A stretch of DNA of 64,000 bases, taken from Felis catus (Eukaryota). The stretch spans positions 112,904,001 through 112,968,000 of the forward strand of contig NC_058373.1 of the NCBI RefSeq assembly GCF_018350175.1, in the 5' to 3' direction. A program made the translations under genes and the position numbers. Of the stretch, positions 26,323 through 39,900 are shown in pieces (the first letter of the stretch is position 1; every line of letters begins with the position of its first letter). The notes under the pieces were generated by a model. It saw nothing but the letters and a program-made list of their open reading frames with translations, did not search any database and was not told where the DNA came from.

Positions 26323-26967
26323 TGACAAGGAACCAAAACTGAAGCCTAATAACAATTAAGGATATGATTTTCCAACTGCCCAAAATAAACATCCAGAATT
26401 TTGTAATCGTTGTGAGGGAAAATGTAGTTATATTCTCCCCATCATGACAGAAATGGAGGGGAAAGGGTCCCATTTATTCCCAGCCCACATTATTCCACAA
26501 CTTCTAAAGTAAATAATTTTTTCTGGCAGAATCCATATGGAAGTGGATATGTAATGATAAAATGGCAAATAGAATGAGACTGGCACTACCCTAAAATAAA
26601 CCTATACGGAAGGAGGGACAAGAATTCCCTTTCAGCTGTGTAAAGTCACACAGCCAACTGTTTGTTTATCTTCTCACTTTTTCTTCAACCTCTCTGATAA
26701 ATTTTAAACAATTTGGAAAAAGACAGTCAAAGGACTAGAAGGAGACTAGCGAGTTAAAATAAAACGTTGACCACATTGTTAGGAAAAGGACAACTAAGCC
26801 TAAGAAATTATACTTGGTTAAAAGGCCACTTAGAAACTAGAGTCCCCTTCTCCACCAACACTAACTTCAGTTTGATTTACTACTACTCAACTAATTATGT
26901 AACACAATTTCTATATAACTAATAATTAATTCTCTTGGCAATGTGACCTACAGTATCAAACCATTGC

Positions 26968-28645
26968 TTTTTTTAAAAGCTTGATTGAGATACAATTGAC
27001 ATACAAAAAATTACATATATATAACATATATATTTTGACGAGACATACGCATATGCCCATATCATCACCACAGTCAAGGTACTAACATATTTGTCACCTC
27101 CATAAACTTTCTGTGTTCTTTTGTGGTTTTATTTGTTTGATTTGTGGTATGAACATTTAACATGAGAACTATCCTCTTAACATATTTTAAAGTGAAGAAC
27201 ACCATGTTGTCAACTATAGGTACTGTGTAGTACAACAGATCTCTAGAACTTACCTTGTATAAGAGAAAACTTATACCCATTGAAAAACAATTCCCCATGG
27301 CCCACTCCCCTCAGCCTCGGACAATCACCATTCTATTCTCTGCTTCTATGACTATTTTTTTTTTATAAAGGGCTTTTTTTTTTAAGTTTGTTTGTTTATT
27401 TATTTATTTATTTATTTATTTTGAGAGAGAGAGCACATGAGTGGAAGAGCAGCAGAAGGAGGGAGAGAATCCCGACCAGGCTCCACACTGTCAGCGCAGA
27501 GCCCAATGTGGGGCTCTATCCCACTTGCTGTGAAATCATGACCTACGTGAAATCAAGAGTCAGATGCTTAACTGACTGAGCCATGCAGGTGCCCCTGTAA
27601 CTGACTATAATACCTCAAATAAGTGGAATCACTCAGTATTTATCCTTCTGTGACTGGTTTATTTCACTTAGCATAATGTACTCTAGGTTTATCATATTGC
27701 CACAAATGGTAGGAATATCTTTCTTTTTTAAAACTAAATAATATTTCATTGTATTAATATAGCACATTCTCCTTCTCCATTCATCTATCAATAAACATTT
27801 GAGTTGTTTACATATCTTGGCTATTACGAATAATGTTACAGTAAACATGAGAGTGCAGATGTCTCTGAGATCCTGATTTGAGTTCTTTAGGATATATACC
27901 CAGAAGTAGAACTGCTCAATCATATGTTCTATTTTCAACTTGGGGGGGGGGACCTCACACTGTCTTCCACAGTGGCTGAACCATTCTACATTCCTACCAA
28001 CATTATATCCAGATTCCAGTTTCTCCACATTGTCGCCAATACTTATCTTTTGTGTTGTTGTTGTTGTTGTTGTTGTTGTTTTAATAGCTATCCTAACAGT
28101 TGTGAGATGGTATGTCATTGTGGTTTTGATATGCATTTACGTATCTTCTTTAGAGAACTGTCTATTCAAGTCCTTTGCCCATTTTTAAATCAGGTTATTT
28201 GTCTTTTTGCTATTGACTGGTAAGAGACTCTTATATATTTTGAATATTAACCCTTTATCAGATAGATGGTTTGAAACATTTTCTCCCTTTTCATAGGTTG
28301 CCTTTCCATACTGTTATTTCCTTTGCTGTGCAGAAGCTTTTTAGTTTGATATATACTGGATATGTATTTTTTATACATAAAATACTGGATATGTATTTTT
28401 TTATTTTGACAAGTATGGATAATTGTCTATTTTTTATTTTGTGGCTTGTGCTTTTGGTGTCAAATACAAGAAATCACTGCCAAGACCAATATCAAAGAGC
28501 TTTTCCTGTATGTTTTCTTGTATTTTTACTGTTTTGGGTTTTAAATATAAGTCCTTTATCCATTTTGAGTTAATGTTTGTGTATTGTGTAAAAAAGGAGT
28601 CCAAATTTAATCTTCTGCATATATATATCCATTTTTCCAATACTT
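26968..28645 (-). mobile_element. Old L1MA/MB 3' portion, interrupted by a SINE at about 27360-27596 (-)
   Basis: Minus-strand ORFs 27633..28136 and 28434..28640 translate to degenerate ORF2 ([17 protein letters not shown]). Confidence 0.9.
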
Positions 28646-28817
28646 AAACTGTTATTTTTTGAGAGCTTTGAAATAAATTCCAATGTGACAGAATGCTATG
28701 ATTAGTTGACAGGAAGAACACAAGGCATAGAGGAGGAAGAAGGAATATTTATAAAATATTATTGTGAGAATATATTGGATAAAACATTAAGGAAACCTAA
28801 GCTTCAGGTATTCTTTC

Positions 28818-29034
28818 TTTTTAATTTTTTTAATGTTTATTTTTTATTTTTGAGAATGAGAGAGACAGAGTGCAAGCAGAGGAGGGGCAGAGAGGGAGAC
28901 ACAGAATCCGAAGCAGGCTCCAGGCTCCAAGCTATCAGCACAGAGCCTGACATGGGGCTTGAACTCACAGACTGAGAGATCATGACCTGAGCCAAAGCTA
29001 GATGCTTAAACCAAATGAGCCACCCAGGTGTCCC
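28818..29034 (-). mobile_element. Can-SINE (antisense)
   Basis: Ends gagccacccaggtgtccc. Degenerate TSD taa[g/a]cttca..tattctt. Confidence 0.92.
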
Positions 29035-32000
29035 TAAACTTCAAATATTCTTAACATTGACCTTTTAAATATTGAGATTTTGTAGGCCAGTATATGAAGA
29101 GATATCCTCCTTTTCCTAAAATTTTAGTAAAAGCTCAACTATATATTCTGAAAACAGATTATCGGGGGATTTTCCAATAATCATGGTGGTGGTCTTATTT
29201 TAAATTTAATGGAAAAAGAAGAAAAACAGCCATCAGTAAACAAAAAGTATTCTGATCGAATCAGAAGGTCAGAGTCATAAAGCTTAGACATCTAAACCAA
29301 TAATATGAATTTGCTCACCATTTTCATATTTGCTAAATTTAGAAAATAAGAACAATCTGCATTGTTCTAAGAGAGAAAAAGAGGATTTCTCTTTGACTTT
29401 GCAAAGTTCTTATGAATCCTTTCATTTATTTCTCATCTTAACATTCATTATCTCTTCTCTAAAACTGACATTGTGGCAGCTACCCTTTCTGACAACAGTG
29501 ATGAGCTAGAGCTCTACAATCACACTGATGCATGGTACATTGTTCACACTGCTGCTCACTCCTGTCAACTCATGGAATTGAGAATTAGTCTGAGAATCAG
29601 TCAAACTCCCTTCTCCCACAGAGCAGTGTCACTGGGACTGTCAGATGGGTCATCAGTGTCCTTGGCTGTTTACTTCTTTTGGTTTTAACTCCTAAAATCA
29701 CCCCCACACCTTTCCTGACATAACTGTCACTTTTAGAACATAACTTTATTCACTTCCTTGAAACATGATAAAGCCTCTTGTCTGTGTTTTCTGACCATCC
29801 AATATGCAGCTTACAGACACCACTTATTACTGTTCTCCAAAATGGCCACCAAAATCACAGCCTCTCCCAATCCTTACTGCTTTCAGAAAGTGAGGTAGTT
29901 ATTAAATGCTGGTGTCGGTAACTCGTAGTGCTGGTTCTGATATAGCTGTCCTGTGGTTAGGGCAATGCTGCATTATTTTGAAAGGTCAACAGAAAAAATG
30001 TCATCTTTTGTATCAGTGCATTCTGACATCAATTTAGAACACTTGCACCATAACCTGGGTCAGTTATGGTTGAAGTTGAAATACTTCTGGCTTTCAGTAG
30101 GCAATTAAAAACGTAACCTTAATTCACTGAATTATTAACCTAATGCTTCTACAAACAGATATCCTTTTGTGTTTCCTTAACATATTTCCTTAATATCCCA
30201 TCAAAGTGCCCTCTACTGCCCCTTGTTCTCAACTCGTTTCTCTAGAAATATACCTTACACAACTCCTATTAGTATTAACAGCCCATCTCAGGCAATGATT
30301 AAGAGAAGGGCAAGGGAAAATATTTTCATCTCCCATGGGATTAGGCCAGCATGTGCTGGGAGAGTATGGGCATGTTGAACTCTACTGGGCTATTCCAATT
30401 TTCCCATCTTATCTCTTCTCTTGAGCATTATTGTCTTCCTGCTATGAGAACTTCATGAATGCTTTCTGGCTGATGTCATAAACAGTAAAATACAAAGCAT
30501 CTTAACAAAATGTTTATTTTGTTGGAAAATTACTAAGGTGTTTGCAGCTGTAGAGAGAAATATGATTATTTATTGTGACAAGATCAGTCATTGATCATTA
30601 AAAATGTTATTGGATGCCTATTATATCATAATATTATGTCGTATAGATTAAAAAATGGATATGGAAAATTATAGGACTTTCCATGATTTATAAGAGATGT
30701 AAATCAGTTTTAACGTATTAGGAAATGAAAAATATATAAATGAAAATATAATTTATAAAAATTTTGGAAAAGTTATTTTGAAACTGATCCATAGCAGCAT
30801 GTGCAAGCATTTTAAAGTTACATGATAAATTTTAGATACATGATTTACAGGGTAAATAAACTCAAGGATCTCTGTGGTAGACTAATGAAATCAGCGCCTC
30901 GTAACTTTTATAGCACTTACCAAAAAAGTTAACGTAAAGCTGCCTGAGCCACTCTTTGGAAGCTTTGACCAGATTGGAGCAAAGTCCAGGCCCCCAGCAT
31001 CAACCAGGGCTTTGCGCATGTTATCTTAGGCCCCCGCCCAAGTAGAATCCCCTTTGGTCATCTGTTTTCTCACAAATTCTTTTCTCCAATCTGTACAGTC
31101 CTGCATCCCAACCTATTCCCTTGAACCTTCTGGAGCTTTCACTTTTTCCTCATTCAGGTCTTTGGCAAGTGTCTCATAGTCTACCTCTCTAGCTCACCTC
31201 TTACCATCAATTGCTTTATTTCTACAATTCTAAATATCTTTATTTCTACTTCAGCAAGTCACTTCCAATACCCTGAAGTACTTCATCCCAAAATCACCAA
31301 CTCTGGTGTACAATTTAGGAACAAGGGCAAGTTACTATCAGTCTTTGTAAAAAGGGTATAAACACTCCTTTCACCCCTACCCTTAAGTCCTTAAGCCGCA
31401 CTGGCTTTGTCACTTTCCTCACCCAACCTAAGTCCTGTGGTGTAGCACATCAACTTTTTTTTGCCTCTTCCTTCCATGATAGCCCACTCTAAAAATCCAC
31501 AAACTTGGATCAAGCCTTCCTTCTTTATCTTTCACTTTTATTCCTAGGCCACAACTAGAGAAGAGTCTACAGCTGTTCACATTAGCACTTCTAATTTACA
31601 AACCTCAGCAGGGGCCCAAATTCCCTTCATGATCCTTTTATATCCTATGGATCAGCTTCTTCCATTCCTTACAGCAGCCTTCCAAATCTTCACCATTCTC
31701 CTAAAGCTGCTTCCACCATCCAAATCCTCTGACTTTTGTAACCGAATAAGCCTGGCTTTGAATGATGGCTCCAACATTTACTAGATTATAATCCTTGACA
31801 TATTTAATGGTTTCCTTTCTTCTAATCTTGCTTCCTCTTAAACCCCTGTTCTAACTCTAACCATGTAAGCATCTCCAACTAAAATGCTTCCATGCTTCAC
31901 ATGACCCCCGGGTTAAATCCAAACTGCTCATGTGAACATAGGAGGCCCTTCACCCCATGGCCTTTTTCCCTCTCCAGCTTCATCTGTTTCTCATCCTGAA

Positions 32001-32356
32001 CTCTCACCATAGTAAGCTATTTACTGCTTCCAAAATGGACATGAGATCCCCTGCCTATGCCTGTGATTATTCCCCTTCCTAGAAGGTTCTTCCCTAACCA
32101 CCACCATCTCCTTTCTCAGTTTTCAAGACTCCTTAGTCATAAGACTCAGAAATCACATCCCCTGTGAAGCCTTTCTCGGTGTCCCTAAGAAGGGTTGACT
32201 ACTTAGCTTCTTTGTGCCATTTTAATACCTTGTTGACAGCTCTGGAAATAACGTTATTGCACTGGATTTGCAAATAATTATTTACCCTGAGAAATTTTTT
32301 AGGTCACTTCTCTGTAAGATGGACAGGACAAAGAGGAAGAACAAAATATTCTCATC

Positions 32357-33380
32357 TTTTTTTTATTAATAAATTTTTTTTAGGTTTAAGTTCATTTAGG
32401 TTCACCGCAAAATTAAATGGAAAGTACATAGAGTTCCCATATACCACTGTCCTCACACATGTACAACCTCTCCAGCTATTGACATCTACACCAAAGTGGT
32501 ACATTTGTTACAACTGATGAACCAACTGACACATCATTATCACCCAGGGTTATCAAGGATTCACTCTTAGTGTTGTATATTCATTGGGTCTTGACAAATG
32601 TATAATTTCATGTATCTACCATTGTCCTTTCATACAGAGTAGTTTCTGTGCTCTCCCTATTCATCCCTCCCTCTATGCTATAATCTTGATCTTTTTACTA
32701 TCTCCATAGTTGTATCTTTTCCAGAATCATGCAGCCTTTTGAGATTAACTCCTTTCACTTAGTAATAGGCATATAAGTTTCCTCCTTGTCTGGTGTACCA
32801 CCATTTATTTGTCAATCCACCTACTGAAGGACACCTGGATTATTTACAGATTTTGGCAATTATGGATAAAGCTGATACAGACATCTATGTGCAGGTTTTT
32901 GTATGGACATAAATTTTCCCTTTACTTGGGTAAATAGCAAGGAGCACGATTGCTGAATTGTATGCTAAGAGTATGTTTAATTTTGGTAAGAAACTGCCAA
33001 ACCATCTTCCAAAGTTGCTGTACCATTTTGCATTCCCACCAATAGTGATTAAGAGTTTCCATTCCTCCACATTCTCACCAGGATTTGGTGTGGCCAGAGT
33101 TTTGCATTTTGACCTTTGGTAGGTGTGTAATGATATCTCATTGTTTTGGTTTGCACTTCCCTAATGACATATGATGTTGAATATCTTTCAATGTTTACTT
33201 GCCATCTGTATATCTTCTTTGATGAGATATCTGTTCAGGCCTTTTGCCCATTTTTTAATCAAGTTGTTTGTTAATGAATTTTAAGAATTTTTTGTATAAT
33301 TTGGAAAGCAGACATCCATCAGATGTCTTCTACAAATATTTTTTCCCAGTTTGTGGCTTATTTCCTCATTCTGTTGACCT
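32357..33380 (-). mobile_element. L1MC1-like 3' portion
   Basis: agagttcccatatacc...ggtacatttgttacaactgatgaacc 3'-end motif and degenerate ORF2 (ORF 32885..33070). Confidence 0.8.
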
Positions 33381-33463
33381 TTTTTTTCCTCTAATTTTCT
33401 CCCTTAAACATTTACATGTAAAACATATATGATACTATACCACATAATACAGTTTTACCTCTT

Positions 33464-33670
33464 TTTTAATGTTTATTTATTTATTTAGAGAGAGAGACCG
33501 CATGCACACAAGCAAAGGGAAGGGGCAGAGAGAGGAGAGAGAGACTCCCAAGCAGGTTCCATGGTGTCAGTGCAGAGCCCAACACAGGGCTCGATCCCAC
33601 AAACTGAGATCATGACCTGAGCTGAAGTCAAGAGTGGGACACTTAACCTGCTGAGCCACCCAGGCGCCCC
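33464..33670 (-). mobile_element. Can-SINE (antisense)
   Basis: TSD cagtttta[c/t]ctctt. Confidence 0.92.
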
Positions 33671-33795
33671 CAGTTTTATCTCTTGAGTGACTACTGCATG
33701 TCAGAAAAATACTTGAAAAGAAACAGAGGAAATAGTCTTAGTCCATAGCCCACTCTAGTTTTGAATGAATAGAAGTCCTCAAAGGTGAAACATCA

Positions 33796-34041
33796 GGAGT
33801 GTCTTGGGAGCCCAGTCAGTTAAGCATCTGACTCTTGATTTCGGCTCAGATCATGATCTCATGGATCATGGGATCAAGCCCCGCATTGTGTTCTGCACTG
33901 ACAGCACGGAGTCTGCTTGGGATTCTCTGTCTCTATCTTGCTCTCTCTGCACCTTTCCCATTCATGCTCACTCGCTCTCTCTTTCTCTCTCTCTCTCTCC
34001 TTCAAAATAAATAAATAAATAAACAAACATTTTTTTTTAAA
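33796..34041 (+). mobile_element. Can-SINE
   Basis: Degenerate TSD aaag(g)tgaa[a/g]catca. Confidence 0.9.
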
Positions 34042-34909
34042 AAAGTGAAGCATCAACTTTTTCACCCAAAAAAAATGTGTTTTGTGTTTCCTCATGGTAC
34101 ACCATTCATGTAAGCACTGACACTCATAGTAAATAAGTGATTTCTTAAGCTAAGTGATATAATATGCCAGAACTATAATATCAGTACAGCTAAATATATT
34201 GGTTAATAAAGTATTCTGCATTTTCATAAAATACCATAAAAATCTAGTCGGTTTCATCTCAGCAAAAGGAACAGCTGTTTGTAAGGCTACAAAAAAAATT
34301 GTATTCACCTCAATTTGATGCAATTGATTCTTGTTCTTTAAATTAACATAAATATCTTCCTTTAAAACAAACAACCCCATTTTGTAGATAAACAAACAGG
34401 TATAGGAAAGCAAAATAATTTCCTAACATAGCATGCCAGTTAACTGTACACCTGGGAGTAGAAGGCAGAGGTCAGATATCACCCCATTCTAGTATTTGTT
34501 CTCTCGTACTACCATGAGCTAATCAGTGCCTTTGCCAGGTGAAAACCTGCTCAGACACCTAACAAATAACACAGCCACGGGAATAGTCTTGTAGTTTAAT
34601 TCTGGAGAACCCCCATACACAGATTGAAAGAGAGAGAGACATTTTTGCCCTCAGCTAAGCACACAATAATTCAGGAATAATGGCAAGTTACCCCTCAGTA
34701 GATATGAAATAGAGTATAAACATAAGCAATATCAACTGAAAGAGTTTAGTATGATTTAGTCAAGGAAAAACACTTCAGCATTGAATTTTATTCTGGATTC
34801 CAGAGGAAAAGCAGGGACTGTCAGAGTGAATAATTAGAATGTTTAAAAAACAGAGTAACCAGAATAGATTGGTGATAGATTTACCTGAATCAAAATTTCT
34901 AGGATATTC

Positions 34910-36301
34910 TTTTTTATTATTATTAAATATAATTTATTGTCAAATTGATTTCCTTATAACACCCAGTGCTCATCCCAACAGGTGCCCTCCTCAATGCCCA
35001 TCACCCACTTTCCCCTCTCCCCTGGCTCCCCATCTACCCTCAGTTTGTTCTCAGTATTTAAGAGTCTCTTAGAGTTTGCCTCCCTACCTCTCTGTAACTT
35101 TATTTTTTTTTCCCCTTCCCCTCCCCCCATGGTCTTCTGTTAAGTTTCTCAGGATCCACATATGAGTGAAAACATATGGTATCTTTCTCTGCCTGACTTA
35201 TTTCACTTAGCATAATACCCTCCAGTTCCATCCACATTGCTGCAAATGGCATGATTTCATTCTTTCTCATTGCCAAATAGTATTCCATTGTATATATAAA
35301 CCACATCTTCTTTATCCATTCGTCAGTTGATGGACATTTAGACTCTTTCCATAATTTAGCTATTGTTGAAAGCTCTGCTGTAAACATTGTGCTATAAACA
35401 AGTGCCCCTATGCATCAGCACTCCTGTATCCCTTGGGGAAATTCCTAGCAGTGCTATTTCTGGGTCATAGGGTAGATCTATTTTTAATTTTTTGAGGAAC
35501 CTCCACACTGTTTTCCAGAGTGGCTGTACTAGTTTGCATTCCCACCAACAGTGCAGGAGGGTCCCTGTTTCTCCACATCCTCGCCAGCTTCTAGAATCTC
35601 CTGATTTGTTCATTTTAGCCACTCTGACCGGCGTGAGGTGGTATCTCAGTGTGGTTTTGATTTGTATTTCCCTGATGAGGAGTGACGTTGAGCATCTTTT
35701 CATGTGTCTGTTGGCCATCTGGATATCTTCTTTGGGAAAGTGTCTATTCATGTCTTCTGCCCGTTTCTTCACTGGATTATTTGTTTTTCAGGTGTGGAGT
35801 TTGGTGAGTTCTTTGTAGATTTTAGATATTAGCCCTTTATCTGATATGTCATTTGCAAATATCTTTTCCCATTCTGTTGGTTGCCTTTTAGTTTTGTTGA
35901 TTATTTCTTTTACAGTGCAGAAGATTTTTATCTTGATGAGGTCCCAATAGTTCATTTTTGCTTTTAATTCCCTTGCCTTTGGAGATGTGTTGAGTAAGAA
36001 ATTGCTGTGGCTGAGGTCAAAGAGGTTTTTTCCTGCTTTCTCCTCTATGGTTTTGATGGTTTCCTGTGATCACATACTGGGTCACAAAACAGCCCACAAT
36101 AAATATAAAATAATTGAGATCATACCATGCACACTTTCAGATCACAATGCTATGAAACTTGAAATCAACCACAGGAAAAAGTCTGGAAAACCTCCAAAAG
36201 CATGGAGGTTAAAGAACATCCTACTAAAGAATGAATGGGTCCACCAGCCAATTAGAAAAGAAATTAAAAAATATATGGAGACAAATGAAAATGAAAATAC
36301 A
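34910..36301 (-). mobile_element. Feline L1 with 5' inversion: minus-strand 3' part 34910-36067 and plus-strand endonuclease fragment 36068-36301
   Basis: A single 18-bp TSD aaaatttctaggatattc at 34892-34909 and 36302-36319. The inverted part encodes DHILGHK...LSDHNAMKLEIN. Confidence 0.95.
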
Positions 36302-36937
36302 AAAATTTCTAGGATATTCAAGCTGTAATTGAATCATTTGATCTAAGCAATACCTGTTCTAGTTGAATAAAAGGTTTCTCTTCCATTTTAAGGAGAGTAA
36401 CTTCAATGATTATTGTGCTAATGGAAAATGTTAATTCTCATACACTGGAACAAGTCTCATATTCACCAAAATTGAACTAATCTTTGATAGGCTATCATCC
36501 ATAATTATACAGTATATAAACTTGTTCAAGGAATACCTCTTAGGTACCTACTACCAAGACATTATCACTTTGATTTATCAGATTTCAGGATGAATTTAAT
36601 GAAATAGATTTTTTTAATGGCTCTAGGTTAAAGGTTGATTAGTCATTCTACATTGCATGTGTAAACTGAAGTTGCTATATTAGAAAGGTTTTCATCCTTA
36701 ATGGAAAGATATGAAAGATGCCATTCCATAATTCTTTTATTACCAGTGATGTGGCTAAACAAAAATGGTATAACTTTTAGTAGAGACTACTTTTATTTGC
36801 CTGAAAGAGATTGTATGGTCAGTATTGGGACATGGGGAATATTCAGGAGTAAAAGAAAGTGTCCCTTTTATGTTAAAGATAGGTCTATGAATTGGTAGCT
36901 GAAGAGTGCCTCAGTAAATATTTATTAGATGGACAGA

Positions 36938-36970
36938 CGGGTGGATGGACGGACGGATGGATGGATGGAC
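36938..36970. repeat. (GGAT/GGAC)n microsatellite
   Basis: Tetramer array read directly from the sequence. Confidence 0.85.
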
Positions 36971-37350
36971 ATACATATAAATAGATATTGAGCTTGTTTC
37001 TTTAGGTCTATTTCTTTTATTTTTCGGTGTTAAAATACCTGCTTTCTCAATTCATAGGTCAGAGGTACCTGTGCTATCAACCCATAAAATTAGACTTCAA
37101 AAATAGACCTTCTCTTTTTCATCTGCCCTTTTCCCCACTATGAATACCAACTTCTTAGTCTTCTCTTTTCACTGGAACAACCCAACTTCTGGACTTCTGT
37201 ATTAAGAACATAAGGTGGTAGAGGTGGGAACAGCAGAATGCCAAGATATTTTCCATGTCTACTTTATTCTTTGCACAATTTCCACCACCCTGTAGTTTGA
37301 AGGGATGATCAGGTGATCAAGTTTGTTTTCATTTACTCTATATTCTATAG

Positions 37351-37449
<99 letters not shown>

Positions 37450-38441
37450 TAGTCATTCACATCTGTGGGTATGTCTATCCATGTATCCCATTTAAACACA
37501 AAATTTATGCATAACCCCCTCCTTGGGTACACCTAATTTAGTAATTGTTGTACATTTTCCTTTTTGAAAGATTAGATGAGTTAAATTATTCCCTAATGGT
37601 ATAGCATAAGAAGAAAATAAGAGTAAAAACAAAATTTTACTTATTCCATGGAGCCATATTTTCTAGATAAACACAAATTTAGAATTATGGAAGATTTTTG
37701 TCTATTTGTTCAACCTCTAAATTCTGAGCACAACTTTGGTTGTACTATGACTATGCTACTCTGAAATGTGAGATTAAAGCTCAATTATAATGTGATCCTC
37801 TGTAGCCTCTACTATACCTTAAATATTGGTAAATTTTAAGCACTGAGAAATCAATATTGATAACTCAAGTATTCTATAGTTACCGCCTCTAGACTTTAAA
37901 CTTTTATCCCCAAGTATTCTAGTCATAGTTATATAACTTCTGATGTGTCTCCAGAAAACTGTATTACCCTCTAAACAAAGGTCCTATCAAGTGCAAACAT
38001 CAGTTAACAGAGGGAATAAGTACATAGGCAGTGTCTCCCCCAGACTTACATTCAAATTGGCCACCAACTAGTTAGTAGGACTGTAGGCAAATTACCTAAC
38101 CTCTTTTGAGTCTTGTGCAAATTAAATAAGATAGTTAAGTAAAATGCCCACCACACTGTCTGGTACTTAATAAATACTAAAAAAAAGTGGTAGCCACTGC
38201 TATTATTATCTTGTTTTAAATAAGTTTTAAAAGCCTCTCTTTTCAGACACACATAACATTTTTTAGCCTGAACTGAGAAATTCTATGGCGTTTTGCATAA
38301 TGCTATAAAATCCTATTTTATTCTTTTTAGGCAATAATTTCTGCTGTTTATTTTTAGAGTTTAGTGAGAAGGTAGTAGGATACAGTAGCAAGGCCACCTG
38401 GAAAAGGGACTGGGAAGTCCGATCTTCTCTCTTCCTCTTGA

Positions 38442-38681
<240 letters not shown>

Positions 38682-39540
38682 TGGTCCCAGAGGGAGAAAG
38701 CTTTGATGCATGTCCACATATCATTGACTGTATCCTGTAATATGCAACGGCACAGCTAGTTTTTCTGATCTGGATAAAAGTTGATCTGTATAGTCAACAT
38801 CTTGAACTATATTTCAAAAGAATTTAAATACCTTTTAAAGAAAAAACACCTAAAAATAAATCTTAACAGACAACTCTATTCTGATTATATCAAAGCAAAT
38901 TTTTTCTTTCTTGCAAATTGCTTTGTGTGTTCAATGCTAGGTCTGATAGCGATAGCTTTTAGTAGACAGCAGTAGGTGCCTGCAGAACTTGTGTTTTTCT
39001 CATCTTTAAAATACAACTAATTATGCTCTTAATCAAGGCTGTCTGCTTATTTATACTAGCGTAGGCAACACTTGGATTTCCCTTCTTAGTATGCTTCATA
39101 ACCGCTTTTCAGAGAGCTTTTGCTTGTTCTTTATCATGTATCGTGTTTATGTGCACAGTGCCAACAGAAGAGTGACCGGGTGGAGGCCCAGCCCTGCTGC
39201 AGGGAGCACCCTCACCTGCAGAGCGCCCGGGAGGCGCCTCACCCCGGTAGCCTCATGGCACAGTACTCTGGGGCGGTAACTGGATACCTTTTATTTGAAT
39301 AAACAAACTGGGGGAAAAATGCTTCCTTAAGTGCTGACAGCCTTTTTAACCAATACATTTAAAATTGTACAGAACAAAAAATAAAATCAAAGACTGATCT
39401 TGTACAGATATTAGTGTTACCAGCATTCATGTGGAAATCAAGAGCAAAGAAAAAATAATGTTAAACAACTCTGTACCATAACATTTTCTGTAATGATACT
39501 GAAACTTAATGAATAAAAAAAATCCTTGATCATTATTTAA
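38682..39540 (+). other. GPHN: GPHN 3' UTR, distal end approximate
   Basis: Repeat-free sequence after the stop. AATAAA at 38855, 39298, 39380 and 39512; the last is followed by a GT-rich downstream tract (ttgtgttggcgtgtt near 39548). Confidence 0.8.
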
Positions 39541-39686
39541 AAACCTATTGTGTTGGCGTGTTATTAAAAAACAGAAGATTGTCATGCCATTCTGATGGGA
39601 TTCTGCTTGGATAAAAGGAATAGTTAAGATAATGTGGCAAGGGTAAGTGGTGTAAAGGTGATTGAAATGTAGTATAATATATTCTG

Positions 39687-39900
39687 GGGAGCCTGGGTGG
39701 CTCGGTCGGTTAAACATCTGACTTCAGCTCAGGTCATGATCTCACGGTTCGTGGGTTTGCGCCCCACCTCAGGCTCTGTGCTGACAGCTTTGAGGCTGGA
39801 GCCTGCTTCGGATACTGTGTCTCCCTCTCTCCACCCCTTCCCTGTTCATGCTCTCTCTCTCTCTCTCAAAAATAAGTAAACATTAAAAAACTTTTTTTAA
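39687..39900 (+). mobile_element. Can-SINE just downstream of the GPHN 3' end
   Basis: TSD aatatattctg. Confidence 0.93.

Noticed and set aside
29498..29593. C/D-box snoRNA-like arrangement (GTGATGA ... CTGA, 96 nt) in a GPHN intron
   Set aside because: No convincing terminal stem, C' box or recognisable rRNA guide. These short motifs are expected by chance. An Infernal/snoscan search would settle it.
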